Positions 46,293 to 53,916 of a stretch of 64,000 nt of DNA are shown piece after piece. A program made the translations under genes and the position numbers. The DNA comes from Prevotella sp. Lineage in GTDB: Bacteria > Bacteroidota > Bacteroidia > Bacteroidales > Bacteroidaceae. The stretch covers positions 1,861 to 65,860 of the forward strand of contig JAFUSC010000016.1 in NCBI GenBank assembly GCA_017467705.1. The letters run 5' to 3'. The notes below the pieces were generated by a model. It was given only the letters and a program-made list of their open reading frames with translations, was not told the DNA's origin and ran no database searches. The stretch's first letter is position 1; each line of letters opens with the position of its first letter.

Positions 46293-47238
46293 AAATCATA
46301 CAAGCATAATGGTCAACGACGCCCAGCAGGTGGTTGTCATCGTCGACGACGAGCACCGTGTGAATCTTGTATTTGTTCATGATGCGCTGTATGTCTGATA
46401 TCTTGGTCTGCGGTGCGACGGTCTTGGGCTTGCGCGTCATGATGTCGCTGACGGTGCGGTCGAAGAACTCTGCCTGCCACTTCTCCATGGCGCGGCGTAT
46501 GTCGCCGTCGGTGATGAGTCCCACGATGCGGTCGTCCTGCGTGGCAACGCCCAGTCCTAACTTGCCCTTGCTGACCTGAATGATGGCTTCGCCGAGGTGC
46601 ATGTCAGGCGGAATGACGGGCATGTTCTCCGTCAGCATCACGTCCTGTGCCGTGGTCAGCAGCCGTTTGCCCAACTCACCGCCGGGGTGGAACTGTGCGA
46701 AGTCCTGCGGCTGGAAGTTACGCTTCTCAATGAGGGCCACGGCCAGCGCGTCGCCCATGGCTAATGTGGCCGTGGTGCTGCTGGTGGGGGCCAGGTTCAG
46801 CGGGCAGGCTTCCTTCTTCACGCTCACGTTGATGTGGCACGTGGAATATTTGGCCAGCAGCGAACGGGGATTGCCGCTCATGCCGATGATGGGTATTTGC
46901 ATGTGGAGCACCAGCGGCAGGAACCGCAGCAGTTCGTCCGTCTGTCCTGAGTTGCTGATGGCCAGCACCACGTCGTCCTTGGTCATCACGCCTAAGTCGC
47001 CATGATAGACGTCCAGCGGATTGATGAAGAATGACGGCGTGCCCGTCGACGAGAACGTGGCTGCTATCTTGGCACCGATGTGCCCGCTCTTGCCAACACC
47101 GGTCACGATGATCTTGCCGTGACAGCGGTATATCAGTTCGACAGCTTGGTCGAAGCTGTCGTCCAGTTGAGGAATCAGGTCAAGCAAGGCCTGTGCCTCG
47201 TCCTTGATGCATTGTATGGCGTATTCTCTTGTTGTCAT
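46291..47238 (-). CDS. kdsD: Arabinose-5-phosphate isomerase (KpsF/GutQ, SIS plus CBS domains)
   Basis: GVGKSGHIG, HGDLG, SNSGQT, EACPLNLAPTSST, FHPGGELG and a CBS pair. Confidence 0.93.
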   Translation of the reverse strand: MTTREYAIQCIKDEAQALLDLIPQLDDSFDQAVELIYRCHGKIIVTGVGKSGHIGAKIAATFSSTGTPSFFINPLDVYHGDLGVMTKDDVVLAISNSGQTDELLRFLPLVLHMQIPIIGMSGNPRSLLAKYSTCHINVSVKKEACPLNLAPTSSTTATLAMGDALAVALIEKRNFQPQDFAQFHPGGELGKRLLTTAQDVMLTENMPVIPPDMHLGEAIIQVSKGKLGLGVATQDDRIVGLITDGDIRRAMEKWQAEFFDRTVSDIMTRKPKTVAPQTKISDIQRIMNKYKIHTVLVVDDDNHLLGVVDHYACMI

Positions 47239-47254
47239 ATTTCTTTTTCTTGTT

Positions 47255-47293
47255 GGGCTTATGGGGCTTATGGGTCTTATGGGGCCCATGGGC
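47255..47293. repeat. 9-bp tandem repeat (CCCCATAAG family, minus strand)
   Basis: GCCCATGGG CCCCATAAG ACCCATAAG CCCCATAAG between kdsA and kdsD. Confidence 0.8.
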
Positions 47294-47294
47294 C

Positions 47295-48053
47295 TCAGGG
47301 GGTTATGAGTTTCTTCACCAGCCCTTCCAGCTTGTCCAGCTCCAGCATGTTGGCGGCATCGCTGAGTCCCTTGTCTGGTTCGGGGTGTACCTCGAAGAAC
47401 CAGCCCGTGGCTCCGAAGGCTTGGGCGGCCAAGGCCATCGCAGGCACGAAGCGGCGGTCACCGCCCGTCTTGCCACCGGCACCGCCGGGGCGTTGCACGC
47501 TGTGGGTGCAGTCCATGATGACGGTGGGCACGATGTCGAGCATGTCGCTGATGTTGCGGAAGTCCACCACCAGATTGTTGTAGCCGTAGATGTTTCCGCG
47601 CTCCGTCAGCCACACGTCCTCGGCGCCGGCGTCGCGGGCTTTCTCCACGGGGTAGCGCATGTCGGCGGCACTCAGAAACTGGGCCTTCTTGATGTTGACG
47701 GTGCGCCCCGTCCGTGCAGCAGCCACGAGTAAGTCGGTCTGTCGGCAGAGGAAAGCGGGTATCTGAAGCACGTCGGCCACTTCGCCCGTGGGGGCTGCCT
47801 GATAGCTCTCATGGATGTCGGTCAGCACGCGCAGGCCGTACTTCGCCTTCACATCGGCCAGCATCTGGAGTCCTCGCTCCATGCCCGGCCCGCGAAACGA
47901 GCGTATCGACGTGCGGTTAGCCTTGTCGAACGAGGCCTTGAATATGATGTCGGTGCCCAGCTTCCTGTTGATATCCACCAACTTAGCTGCGACAGTGTCG
48001 AGCAGCTCAGCTGACTCAATCACGCAGGGACCGGCAATAAATATCTGTTTCAT
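47295..48053 (-). CDS. kdsA: KDO-8-phosphate synthase
   Basis: AGPCVIES, KASFDKANRTS, QIPAFLCRQTDL, TERG, DCTHSVQRPG. Confidence 0.97.
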   Translation of the reverse strand: MKQIFIAGPCVIESAELLDTVAAKLVDINRKLGTDIIFKASFDKANRTSIRSFRGPGMERGLQMLADVKAKYGLRVLTDIHESYQAAPTGEVADVLQIPAFLCRQTDLLVAAARTGRTVNIKKAQFLSAADMRYPVEKARDAGAEDVWLTERGNIYGYNNLVVDFRNISDMLDIVPTVIMDCTHSVQRPGGAGGKTGGDRRFVPAMALAAQAFGATGWFFEVHPEPDKGLSDAANMLELDKLEGLVKKLITP

Positions 48054-48268
48054 GTATTATATATGATGCATAATTCCATGCAAAGGTACGAAAAAAACGA
48101 CAATTATTCTTAACTTTAATCAATTATTTAACGCAAAATACTAAAAGTTTTAGAAAAGTTTATACATCGTTTGCCGGAAGTGGCTAACTTTGCACCCGAT
48201 TTTAGGATAACGACATGCGCCAGATGCTGGCAATGTCTAAATGTATAACTAATTAAAAAGCAAAGAAA

Positions 48269-48814
48269 ATGAAAAAGATTTTGATGACTCTCGCAGCTGT
48301 TGCAATGGCTGCAACCGTGAATGCTCAGGTTTTCGTCGGTGGTTCTGTTGGTGTTGCCAGCGTGAAGGTTGGTTCAGCTGACGCTAAGACCACTTACAAG
48401 TTTATCCCTGAGGTGGGTTACAACTTCAATGACGATTGGGCAGTGGGTGTTCAGCTGGGTTACCAGAAGGGTGCCTGCAACCTGCTGACTGGTTCTTATG
48501 GTCAGGATGTGGAGACGGAGCTGTTTCAGGTAAATCCTTATGCTCGTTACACTTTCCTGAAGTCTGACCTCATCAACCTCTTCGTTGACGGTGGTGTCGG
48601 CTTCGGCAGCTTCAAGGACCTGGGTACTGAGTTCAACATTGGTTTCCGCCCGGGTGTGGCAGTCAACCTGAGCAAGCAGCTCAGCTTTGTGACTCACGTC
48701 GGTTTCGTTGGCTTCGACACCTTTAGCCCCAAGGGTGACGGTGACAGCAGCAACATGGTGGGTGTTGACTTCGACAACAACAACCTGACCTTCGGTCTCT
48801 ACTACAACTTCTAA
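48269..48814 (+). CDS. Small outer-membrane beta-barrel protein
   Basis: Signal peptide, PEVGYNF, NPYARY, terminal GLYYNF. Confidence 0.85.
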   Translation: MKKILMTLAAVAMAATVNAQVFVGGSVGVASVKVGSADAKTTYKFIPEVGYNFNDDWAVGVQLGYQKGACNLLTGSYGQDVETELFQVNPYARYTFLKSDLINLFVDGGVGFGSFKDLGTEFNIGFRPGVAVNLSKQLSFVTHVGFVGFDTFSPKGDGDSSNMVGVDFDNNNLTFGLYYNF

Positions 48815-48843
48815 GCGACACGCAAGTGTCTGCAATCATCAAG

Positions 48844-48874
48844 GGGATGCACCGTTTCGATGCATCCCTTTTTT
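48844..48874 (+). terminator. Intrinsic terminator
   Basis: GGGATGCA...TGCATCCC followed by a T run. Confidence 0.75.
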
Positions 48875-48997
48875 ATGTCCTGCCTAAGTCATAGTTAGGT
48901 ACCGCCTAACTGTCCTTTAGGTGCCGCCTAAGTCATAGTTAGGTACCGCCTAACTCCCCTTTAGGTACCGCCTAACTCATGCTCAGGTGCCGCCTTG
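48873..48997. repeat. 22-bp-period array, 6 units of the TTAGGTRCCGCCTAA family
   Basis: Units at 48873 (degenerate), 48895, 48917, 48939, 48961 and 48983 (degenerate). Spacers GTCATAG, CTGTCCT, GTCATAG, CTCCCCT, CTCATGC. Confidence 0.92.
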
Positions 48998-49036
48998 GGT
49001 TGTGGGCGGTTGGCTCCGTCGGGCTGTTGTTTTTTT

Positions 49037-49085
49037 TGTTCGTTGTTGGTGGCTTTATATATATATATGCCACCAACAACGAACA
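49037..49085. terminator. Long hairpin, probable terminator of mscS
   Basis: 17-bp perfect stem TGTTCGTTGTTGGTGGC/GCCACCAACAACGAACA around a TA-repeat loop. Confidence 0.7.
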
Positions 49086-49090
49086 GAAAA

Positions 49091-51442
49091 CTACATCTGC
49101 CGTGGCAAATCAGCAATGTCCTTGATGTGGAGGTCGCGCTGCGGGAACGGAATCTCAATGCCGTTCTGGTTGAGCGTGGTGTAGATGCAGGCCATGATGT
49201 CGCTCACGGCGTAAATCTGCTTGACGGCATCGACCCAGACAATGACCTTCATGTCGATGCTGCTGTCGGCAAACTGCGTGAACACCACCTTGACGGGCTT
49301 CGTGCGGTCGGTCCACTTGTGGCGTAGGGCAATGATGCCGTCCTCCACCACCTTCGCCACCTGCTTGATGTCGCTGCCGTAGGCCACGCCGAACGGTATC
49401 AGTGCCAGCACGTAGCCGTGATTGCGCGTCAGGTTCTTGTAGTTCTTGGTGAAAATCTGCCAGTTCTGGTAGGTGATGACCTCACCGTACAGCGAGTTGA
49501 CCGTCGTGCTGGTGTAGTTGATGCTGGCCACCTTGCCCTTCGTGCCGTCCAGCTCAATCCAGTCGCCTACCTTGATGCGGCCAGCCATGAGCGAGATGCC
49601 GTAGTAGATGTTCTCGATGATGTCCTTCATGGCGAAACCGACACCGGTGGACAGACCGCCGGAGATGACGACGAGCCACGTGGAGCTGACGTCCATGATG
49701 CTGAGGCTGACCAGCAGCCATGCGCCCCAGACGAGCACGTTGATGACGTTGCGCCCCATCACCGTGCGGCTCTCAGCCGTCGACTGGTCCTGATGACTGA
49801 AGTACATGCGCACAAAGGACAGACTTGTCTTGCGGATATAGGAGAACAGGAACCACAGGCTGGCAACAATGGCGATGCTCATGATGCTCAGCTTCAGGTT
49901 CTCCAGATTGACGAACTTGTAGTTGAAGATGGTCCAGCAGAGGTCGCTCAGGTTGAACACGTCAGCCGCCCAGTAGATGGACAGCATGACCGATGCCACG
50001 CCGATGACCGGCAGCAGCACCTGAAACATGAAGTCGTAGAACCACGTCTTGGTGACGGGCTTCTTCTCAAACTCATGGCGCGTGCCGTAGAGCTTGATGT
50101 ACTGCTGCAAACAGGTGATGGTCAGGATGCACGTCAGCTGCATGATCCACCAGATGAGCACCTGCACGGCCAGCAGCGTGTAGCCAATCCACGACGACAC
50201 GACGGAGGCGATGAAGACCGCCAGCGAGATGTAGGTGTAGAAGATGTCGGAGCGCGGAATGTTCTGGTTGTGCCGGCCGATGACGCTCCACTGCCACAGC
50301 ATGCAGATGAGCAGGATGGGCGGGAAGATCATGTTCACCAGCTCGTTAGGAATCAGGATGATGCGGAAGGCAATGACCATGAAGCCGATGACGATGAGCG
50401 GCGTGTAGATGCGGAACGCGCTCGAAATCTGGTCGCCGTTGACGCGCAGCAGCAGCGAGATCAGGATGACGCCCAACAGCCATGCGTACTCCACGAGCAG
50501 GTTCGACGCCATGATAAAGAAGTTCTGCTCCGTCGTGGCCAGCATGATGCCCAGAATGATGGCAAACGTCACGGTGGTCGTCGCCATGGTGATGCACTTG
50601 CGCTTCTTCATGAATTCGTCGGTGCGGAACCGCTGGGGAAGCACCCAGCGCATGAAGATGTAGTTGAGCAGCGAGGCAACGACGGCATAGATGAAGATGG
50701 AGATGAGCAGACCGAAGATGAACACCGAGTCCCATTGTGAATTCGGCTGCGGACGGTACTTCTTCTTCACCGTCTCCACCATGTTGCTCCACGAGCGGCT
50801 GAAGTTCTTGAGGATGCTCACGTAGTTCTCGCCACCGTTGCGGAAGATGCTGGTCTGTATGTCGTTATAACGCTTCTGGGCGTAGTCGTTCAGGTGTTTC
50901 AGCCGTTGCTCCGTGAAGTCGTAGTAGCGAATGTAGTCGTTGAACTGCTCGTTGGTGTCGGCCAGCGTGTTGCGGATGTTCGTGGCCAGCGCCAGACAGA
51001 CGCTGCGGTCAACCTGCGCCTTCTGACTCAGCTCCTGCACCTGCATGTCCTGCAAGCTGATGATGAGTGAGTCGTAACGCGCTATCTCGTAGGACGTTTT
51101 CTCAATGTAGTCACGGAAGGGCGTCTGTATCTGCTGGAACTGCGTGTACTGCTCCGTGGCCTCGTGGCAGGCGTAGGTCAAGTCAAACACGTACTCCTCC
51201 TTCTGTGAGTAAAGCATCAGGGAGTTCTGGTTGCTCCACTGCATGACGTTGATCAGCTGATGGCGAATCTCCTCCTGCTGCTTGCGGCGCTGCTCCATCT
51301 GCTCCGACAGCTCACGGTGATAGGTCGTCAGCTCCTGACGCAATATCGACAGCGTCTGCTCCAGGTTCTTCTCCTTCAGAACGGCGTGTGCACTGGGAAC
51401 TGCCAGCAGCACTGTCAGCATGATTAAGAATAGTCTTTTCAT
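49091..51442 (-). CDS. Large MscS-family mechanosensitive channel
   Basis: Signal peptide, helical periplasmic region, many TM helices, GVGFAMKDIIEN, IKVGDWI, FGVAYGSD, GIEIPFPQRDL. Start placed at MKRLFL. Confidence 0.9.
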   Translation of the reverse strand: MKRLFLIMLTVLLAVPSAHAVLKEKNLEQTLSILRQELTTYHRELSEQMEQRRKQQEEIRHQLINVMQWSNQNSLMLYSQKEEYVFDLTYACHEATEQYTQFQQIQTPFRDYIEKTSYEIARYDSLIISLQDMQVQELSQKAQVDRSVCLALATNIRNTLADTNEQFNDYIRYYDFTEQRLKHLNDYAQKRYNDIQTSIFRNGGENYVSILKNFSRSWSNMVETVKKKYRPQPNSQWDSVFIFGLLISIFIYAVVASLLNYIFMRWVLPQRFRTDEFMKKRKCITMATTTVTFAIILGIMLATTEQNFFIMASNLLVEYAWLLGVILISLLLRVNGDQISSAFRIYTPLIVIGFMVIAFRIILIPNELVNMIFPPILLICMLWQWSVIGRHNQNIPRSDIFYTYISLAVFIASVVSSWIGYTLLAVQVLIWWIMQLTCILTITCLQQYIKLYGTRHEFEKKPVTKTWFYDFMFQVLLPVIGVASVMLSIYWAADVFNLSDLCWTIFNYKFVNLENLKLSIMSIAIVASLWFLFSYIRKTSLSFVRMYFSHQDQSTAESRTVMGRNVINVLVWGAWLLVSLSIMDVSSTWLVVISGGLSTGVGFAMKDIIENIYYGISLMAGRIKVGDWIELDGTKGKVASINYTSTTVNSLYGEVITYQNWQIFTKNYKNLTRNHGYVLALIPFGVAYGSDIKQVAKVVEDGIIALRHKWTDRTKPVKVVFTQFADSSIDMKVIVWVDAVKQIYAVSDIMACIYTTLNQNGIEIPFPQRDLHIKDIADLPRQM

Positions 51443-51535
51443 GAGTCGTTTGCTAAAAATCCGTGCAAAGATACAAAAGTTTTCATAATTATTTATATCT
51501 TTGCACCGAAAAAGTAACTTTTTTATCAAAAAAGC

Positions 51536-52462
51536 ATGATACTGATAGCAGACAGCGGCAGCACGAAGACTGACTGGGTGCTTGCCGACAACGACGGAAA
51601 AGTGCTCCGGCGCACGACCACAGCCGGGCTCAACCCCTACCACCTGACCGATGAGGAAATCACAGCCGTGCTGCAAGAGTTGCCACCCCATGAGGCCCAT
51701 GAGTCTTATGAGCCCCATGAGTCTTATGAGCCCCATGAGTCTTATGAGCCCCATAAGTCCTATAAGCCCCATGAGCCTTACCCCCTCTTTTTCTACGGCT
51801 CAGGCTGCACGCCCGAGCAGGCACCTCGCGTGAAAGAGCTGCTTTTGCGAAATCTCACAACCATTTCTGCGTGTGAGGTTTACAGCGATATGCTTGGCGC
51901 GGCGCGTGCGGTGTGCGGGCGTCGTGCTGGCGTGGCTTGTATTCTCGGCACGGGCGCCAACTCCTGCCTCTACGACGGAGAGCGCATGGTGGCCAATACG
52001 CCCGCCCTTGGCTACGTGCTCGGCGACGAAGGGAGTGGGGCGGTGCTGGGGCGGCTGTTCCTGAACGCGCTCTACAAGGGCCGACTGCCGCAGACGTTGC
52101 GTGCGACGTTCGAGCAGGAAACAGGGCTCACCATGTCCGCCGTCATCAGTAAAGTCTATCGTGAGCCGCAGCCCAACCGCTTCCTTGCGTCGTTGTCGCT
52201 GTTCATCGGTCGCCATCTGGACGTGGAGCCGTTGCGTCAGCTCGTCGTCAGCAATTTCCGCCAGTTCCTGCACAACAATGTGCTGCCTTACGGCCAACCC
52301 GACCTGCCCGTCGGCTTTGTCGGAAGTGTGGCTTTCAGTTACTCTAACGAACTGCGTGAAGCGTCAGAACTTGAGGGATTTACGGTCGGTCAGATAGTGA
52401 AGACTCCTATGGAGGGGCTGTTGGCTTGTCACTCCGCTGACGGCACACGCTCCTCGTGCTGA
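51536..52462 (+). CDS. BadF/BcrA-type ASKHA kinase (N-acetylglucosamine kinase-like)
   Basis: ADSGSTKTDW, GLNPY, FYGSGC, SDMLGAAR, ILGTGANS, LGDEGSGA, FVGSVA. Contains an in-frame repeat insert. Confidence 0.88.
   Translation: MILIADSGSTKTDWVLADNDGKVLRRTTTAGLNPYHLTDEEITAVLQELPPHEAHESYEPHESYEPHESYEPHKSYKPHEPYPLFFYGSGCTPEQAPRVKELLLRNLTTISACEVYSDMLGAARAVCGRRAGVACILGTGANSCLYDGERMVANTPALGYVLGDEGSGAVLGRLFLNALYKGRLPQTLRATFEQETGLTMSAVISKVYREPQPNRFLASLSLFIGRHLDVEPLRQLVVSNFRQFLHNNVLPYGQPDLPVGFVGSVAFSYSNELREASELEGFTVGQIVKTPMEGLLACHSADGTRSSC
51686..51781 (+). repeat. In-frame 9/18-bp tandem repeat encoding (PHESYE)n
   Basis: Alternating CCCCATGAG and TCTTATGAG units, 96 bp in total. Confidence 0.92.
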
Positions 52463-52663
52463 CGGCACACGCTCCCTGCGCTGACTTTGCTCCGAGCTTT
52501 CGATGCGTTTGCTGCGGGCTTTCGATGCGTTTGCCGCGGGCTTTCGATGCGTTTGCTCCGTGCTTTCGATGCGTTTGCCGCGGGCTTTCGATGCGTTTGC
52601 TCCGAGCTTTCGATGCGTTTGCCGCGGGCTTTCGATGCGTTTGCTCCGAGCTTTTGATGCGTT
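52436..52663. repeat. Composite 22-bp-period array: GCTGACGGCACACGCTCC x2, then GCTTTCGATGCGTTTGC+N5 x7 plus a partial unit
   Basis: Units at 52436 and 52458, then 52496, 52518, 52540, 52562, 52584, 52606, 52628 and 52650. Confidence 0.93.
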
Positions 52664-52851
52664 AAGTAAATGATAGGTAATACTATTTTTGCAAATAATA
52701 TTCATTTATGGTTGTTTCGTGCAAATTTTCAGGCAAATGTTTGCACAAATCAAAAAGAATCCCTAACTTTGCAAGGAAAAATAGAACTACGCAAACAATA
52801 ACAATCATTCTAATTAATAACATTTTTAACTAATAACAAACAATTAAGCGT

Positions 52852-53808
52852 ATGAAAAAATTATTTACTCTGATTGCTGCCGCTTTCTTGACAGTTAGTG
52901 CTAATGCTGCACAGTTGGATCTGTCACTTGAAGACTTGGGTTCTGGGTGGAGCTCTTCGTATGATGCTGCGACAAAGACTATTACTTATGAAATTGCTTG
53001 GAGTGGCCGTGGATGGTGGCTGGGTGAAGTAGACTATTCTGCTTATGACAATGTGGTAGTCGATTTTGAGACTCAGGAGTTGGGTGTCCAGTTGGTTATT
53101 GAGTATAACGGTGCTGAAAATGCTACAACTTGGGTTGATGCAGGTAAGACGCAGATTATTGCAGCGTTGGATGCCGCAGGAAAGTCCTCGGTTAAGCAGA
53201 TTTACATTCAAAGCAGTAAGGCCGGTACGGTTGTGCTGAAGCGTGCTTATCTTGCCACAGCCGATGATGTTGAGAAGGAGGCTGTCAAAGACCTGTCTCT
53301 CTCTACAGGTGATGATCTTACACTGGCAGCAGGTGGTTTTGGATGGAACTGTCCTCAAGGTTGGATAGCCAAGGATATTACAGATTATAACACTATCGTC
53401 TTCGAGGTTGCATCCGCATCGGGCGTCTGTAAGGCTTCTGTTCAAATGGTTCCCAATGACGGCGGAGATGCTGTTAATGAGGAAGTCTTTTTCATAGTTT
53501 CAAACGAACCTCAGACTTATGCCTTTGATATTTCGGGTTACAAGACACTGAACCAATTTGCATACCAGAACTGCAATAAGGGAGAGAATGAAGAAGAAGG
53601 AGACATTAAGGAAACGGCACTGGTGATTACCAAGGTTTACCTCACAGCAAAGTTGAGGAGTGAATTCCCGGATAATCCCACTGGTATTTCTGTTGTTAAG
53701 GCTGACACCCAACAAAATGCTCCTATCTACAACCTCGCTGGCCAGCGTGTTGACCGTGAGTACAAGGGTGTTGTCATCCAGAACGGTAAGAAGTTCATGC
53801 AGAAGTAA
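52852..53808 (+). CDS. Secreted protein with two CBM-like domains and a short Prevotella-type C-terminal sorting domain
   Basis: Signal peptide, Trp-rich repeats (GWSSSY..GRGWW..DYSAYD; GWNC..GWI..DITDYN), tail TGISVV...IYNLAGQRV..YKGVVIQNGKK. Confidence 0.75.
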   Translation: MKKLFTLIAAAFLTVSANAAQLDLSLEDLGSGWSSSYDAATKTITYEIAWSGRGWWLGEVDYSAYDNVVVDFETQELGVQLVIEYNGAENATTWVDAGKTQIIAALDAAGKSSVKQIYIQSSKAGTVVLKRAYLATADDVEKEAVKDLSLSTGDDLTLAAGGFGWNCPQGWIAKDITDYNTIVFEVASASGVCKASVQMVPNDGGDAVNEEVFFIVSNEPQTYAFDISGYKTLNQFAYQNCNKGENEEEGDIKETALVITKVYLTAKLRSEFPDNPTGISVVKADTQQNAPIYNLAGQRVDREYKGVVIQNGKKFMQK

Positions 53809-53831
53809 TCACACATCTTTGCATATTGAAC

Positions 53832-53864
53832 AGCAGCGGGGCGTCTCAGCGCTCCGCTGTTTTT
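53832..53864 (+). terminator. Intrinsic terminator
   Basis: AGCAGCGGGGCG...CGCTCCGCTGTT followed by Ts. Confidence 0.7.
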
Positions 53865-53916
53865 GCAAAAAAAAGTTTGGTGGAATGAAGGAAAACCGCT
53901 ATCTTTGTACTTCGGT

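Noticed and set aside
47986-48006. GCTGCGACAGTGTCGAGCAGC resembling the RAYT internal palindrome
   Set aside because: It is imperfect and lies in ordinary kdsA coding sequence (ELLDTVAA), so it is probably coincidental.
49418-50740. 440-aa plus-strand ORF and similar long antisense ORFs (13918-14910, 9666-10490, 58980-59828)
   Set aside because: They are shadow frames of well-supported genes with GC-rich third positions and show no recognisable motifs.
51443-51772. N-terminal extension MGLIGLMGLIRL... on the MscS ORF
   Set aside because: It is the antisense reading of the repeat inside the divergent kinase gene. The real start is MKRLFL at 51442, which has its own promoter.
52364-52705. Repetitive ORFs 52364-52705 (-) and 52456-52665 (+)
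   Set aside because: They are translations of the 22-bp DNA array, whose period is not a multiple of three, and there is no evidence of coding.
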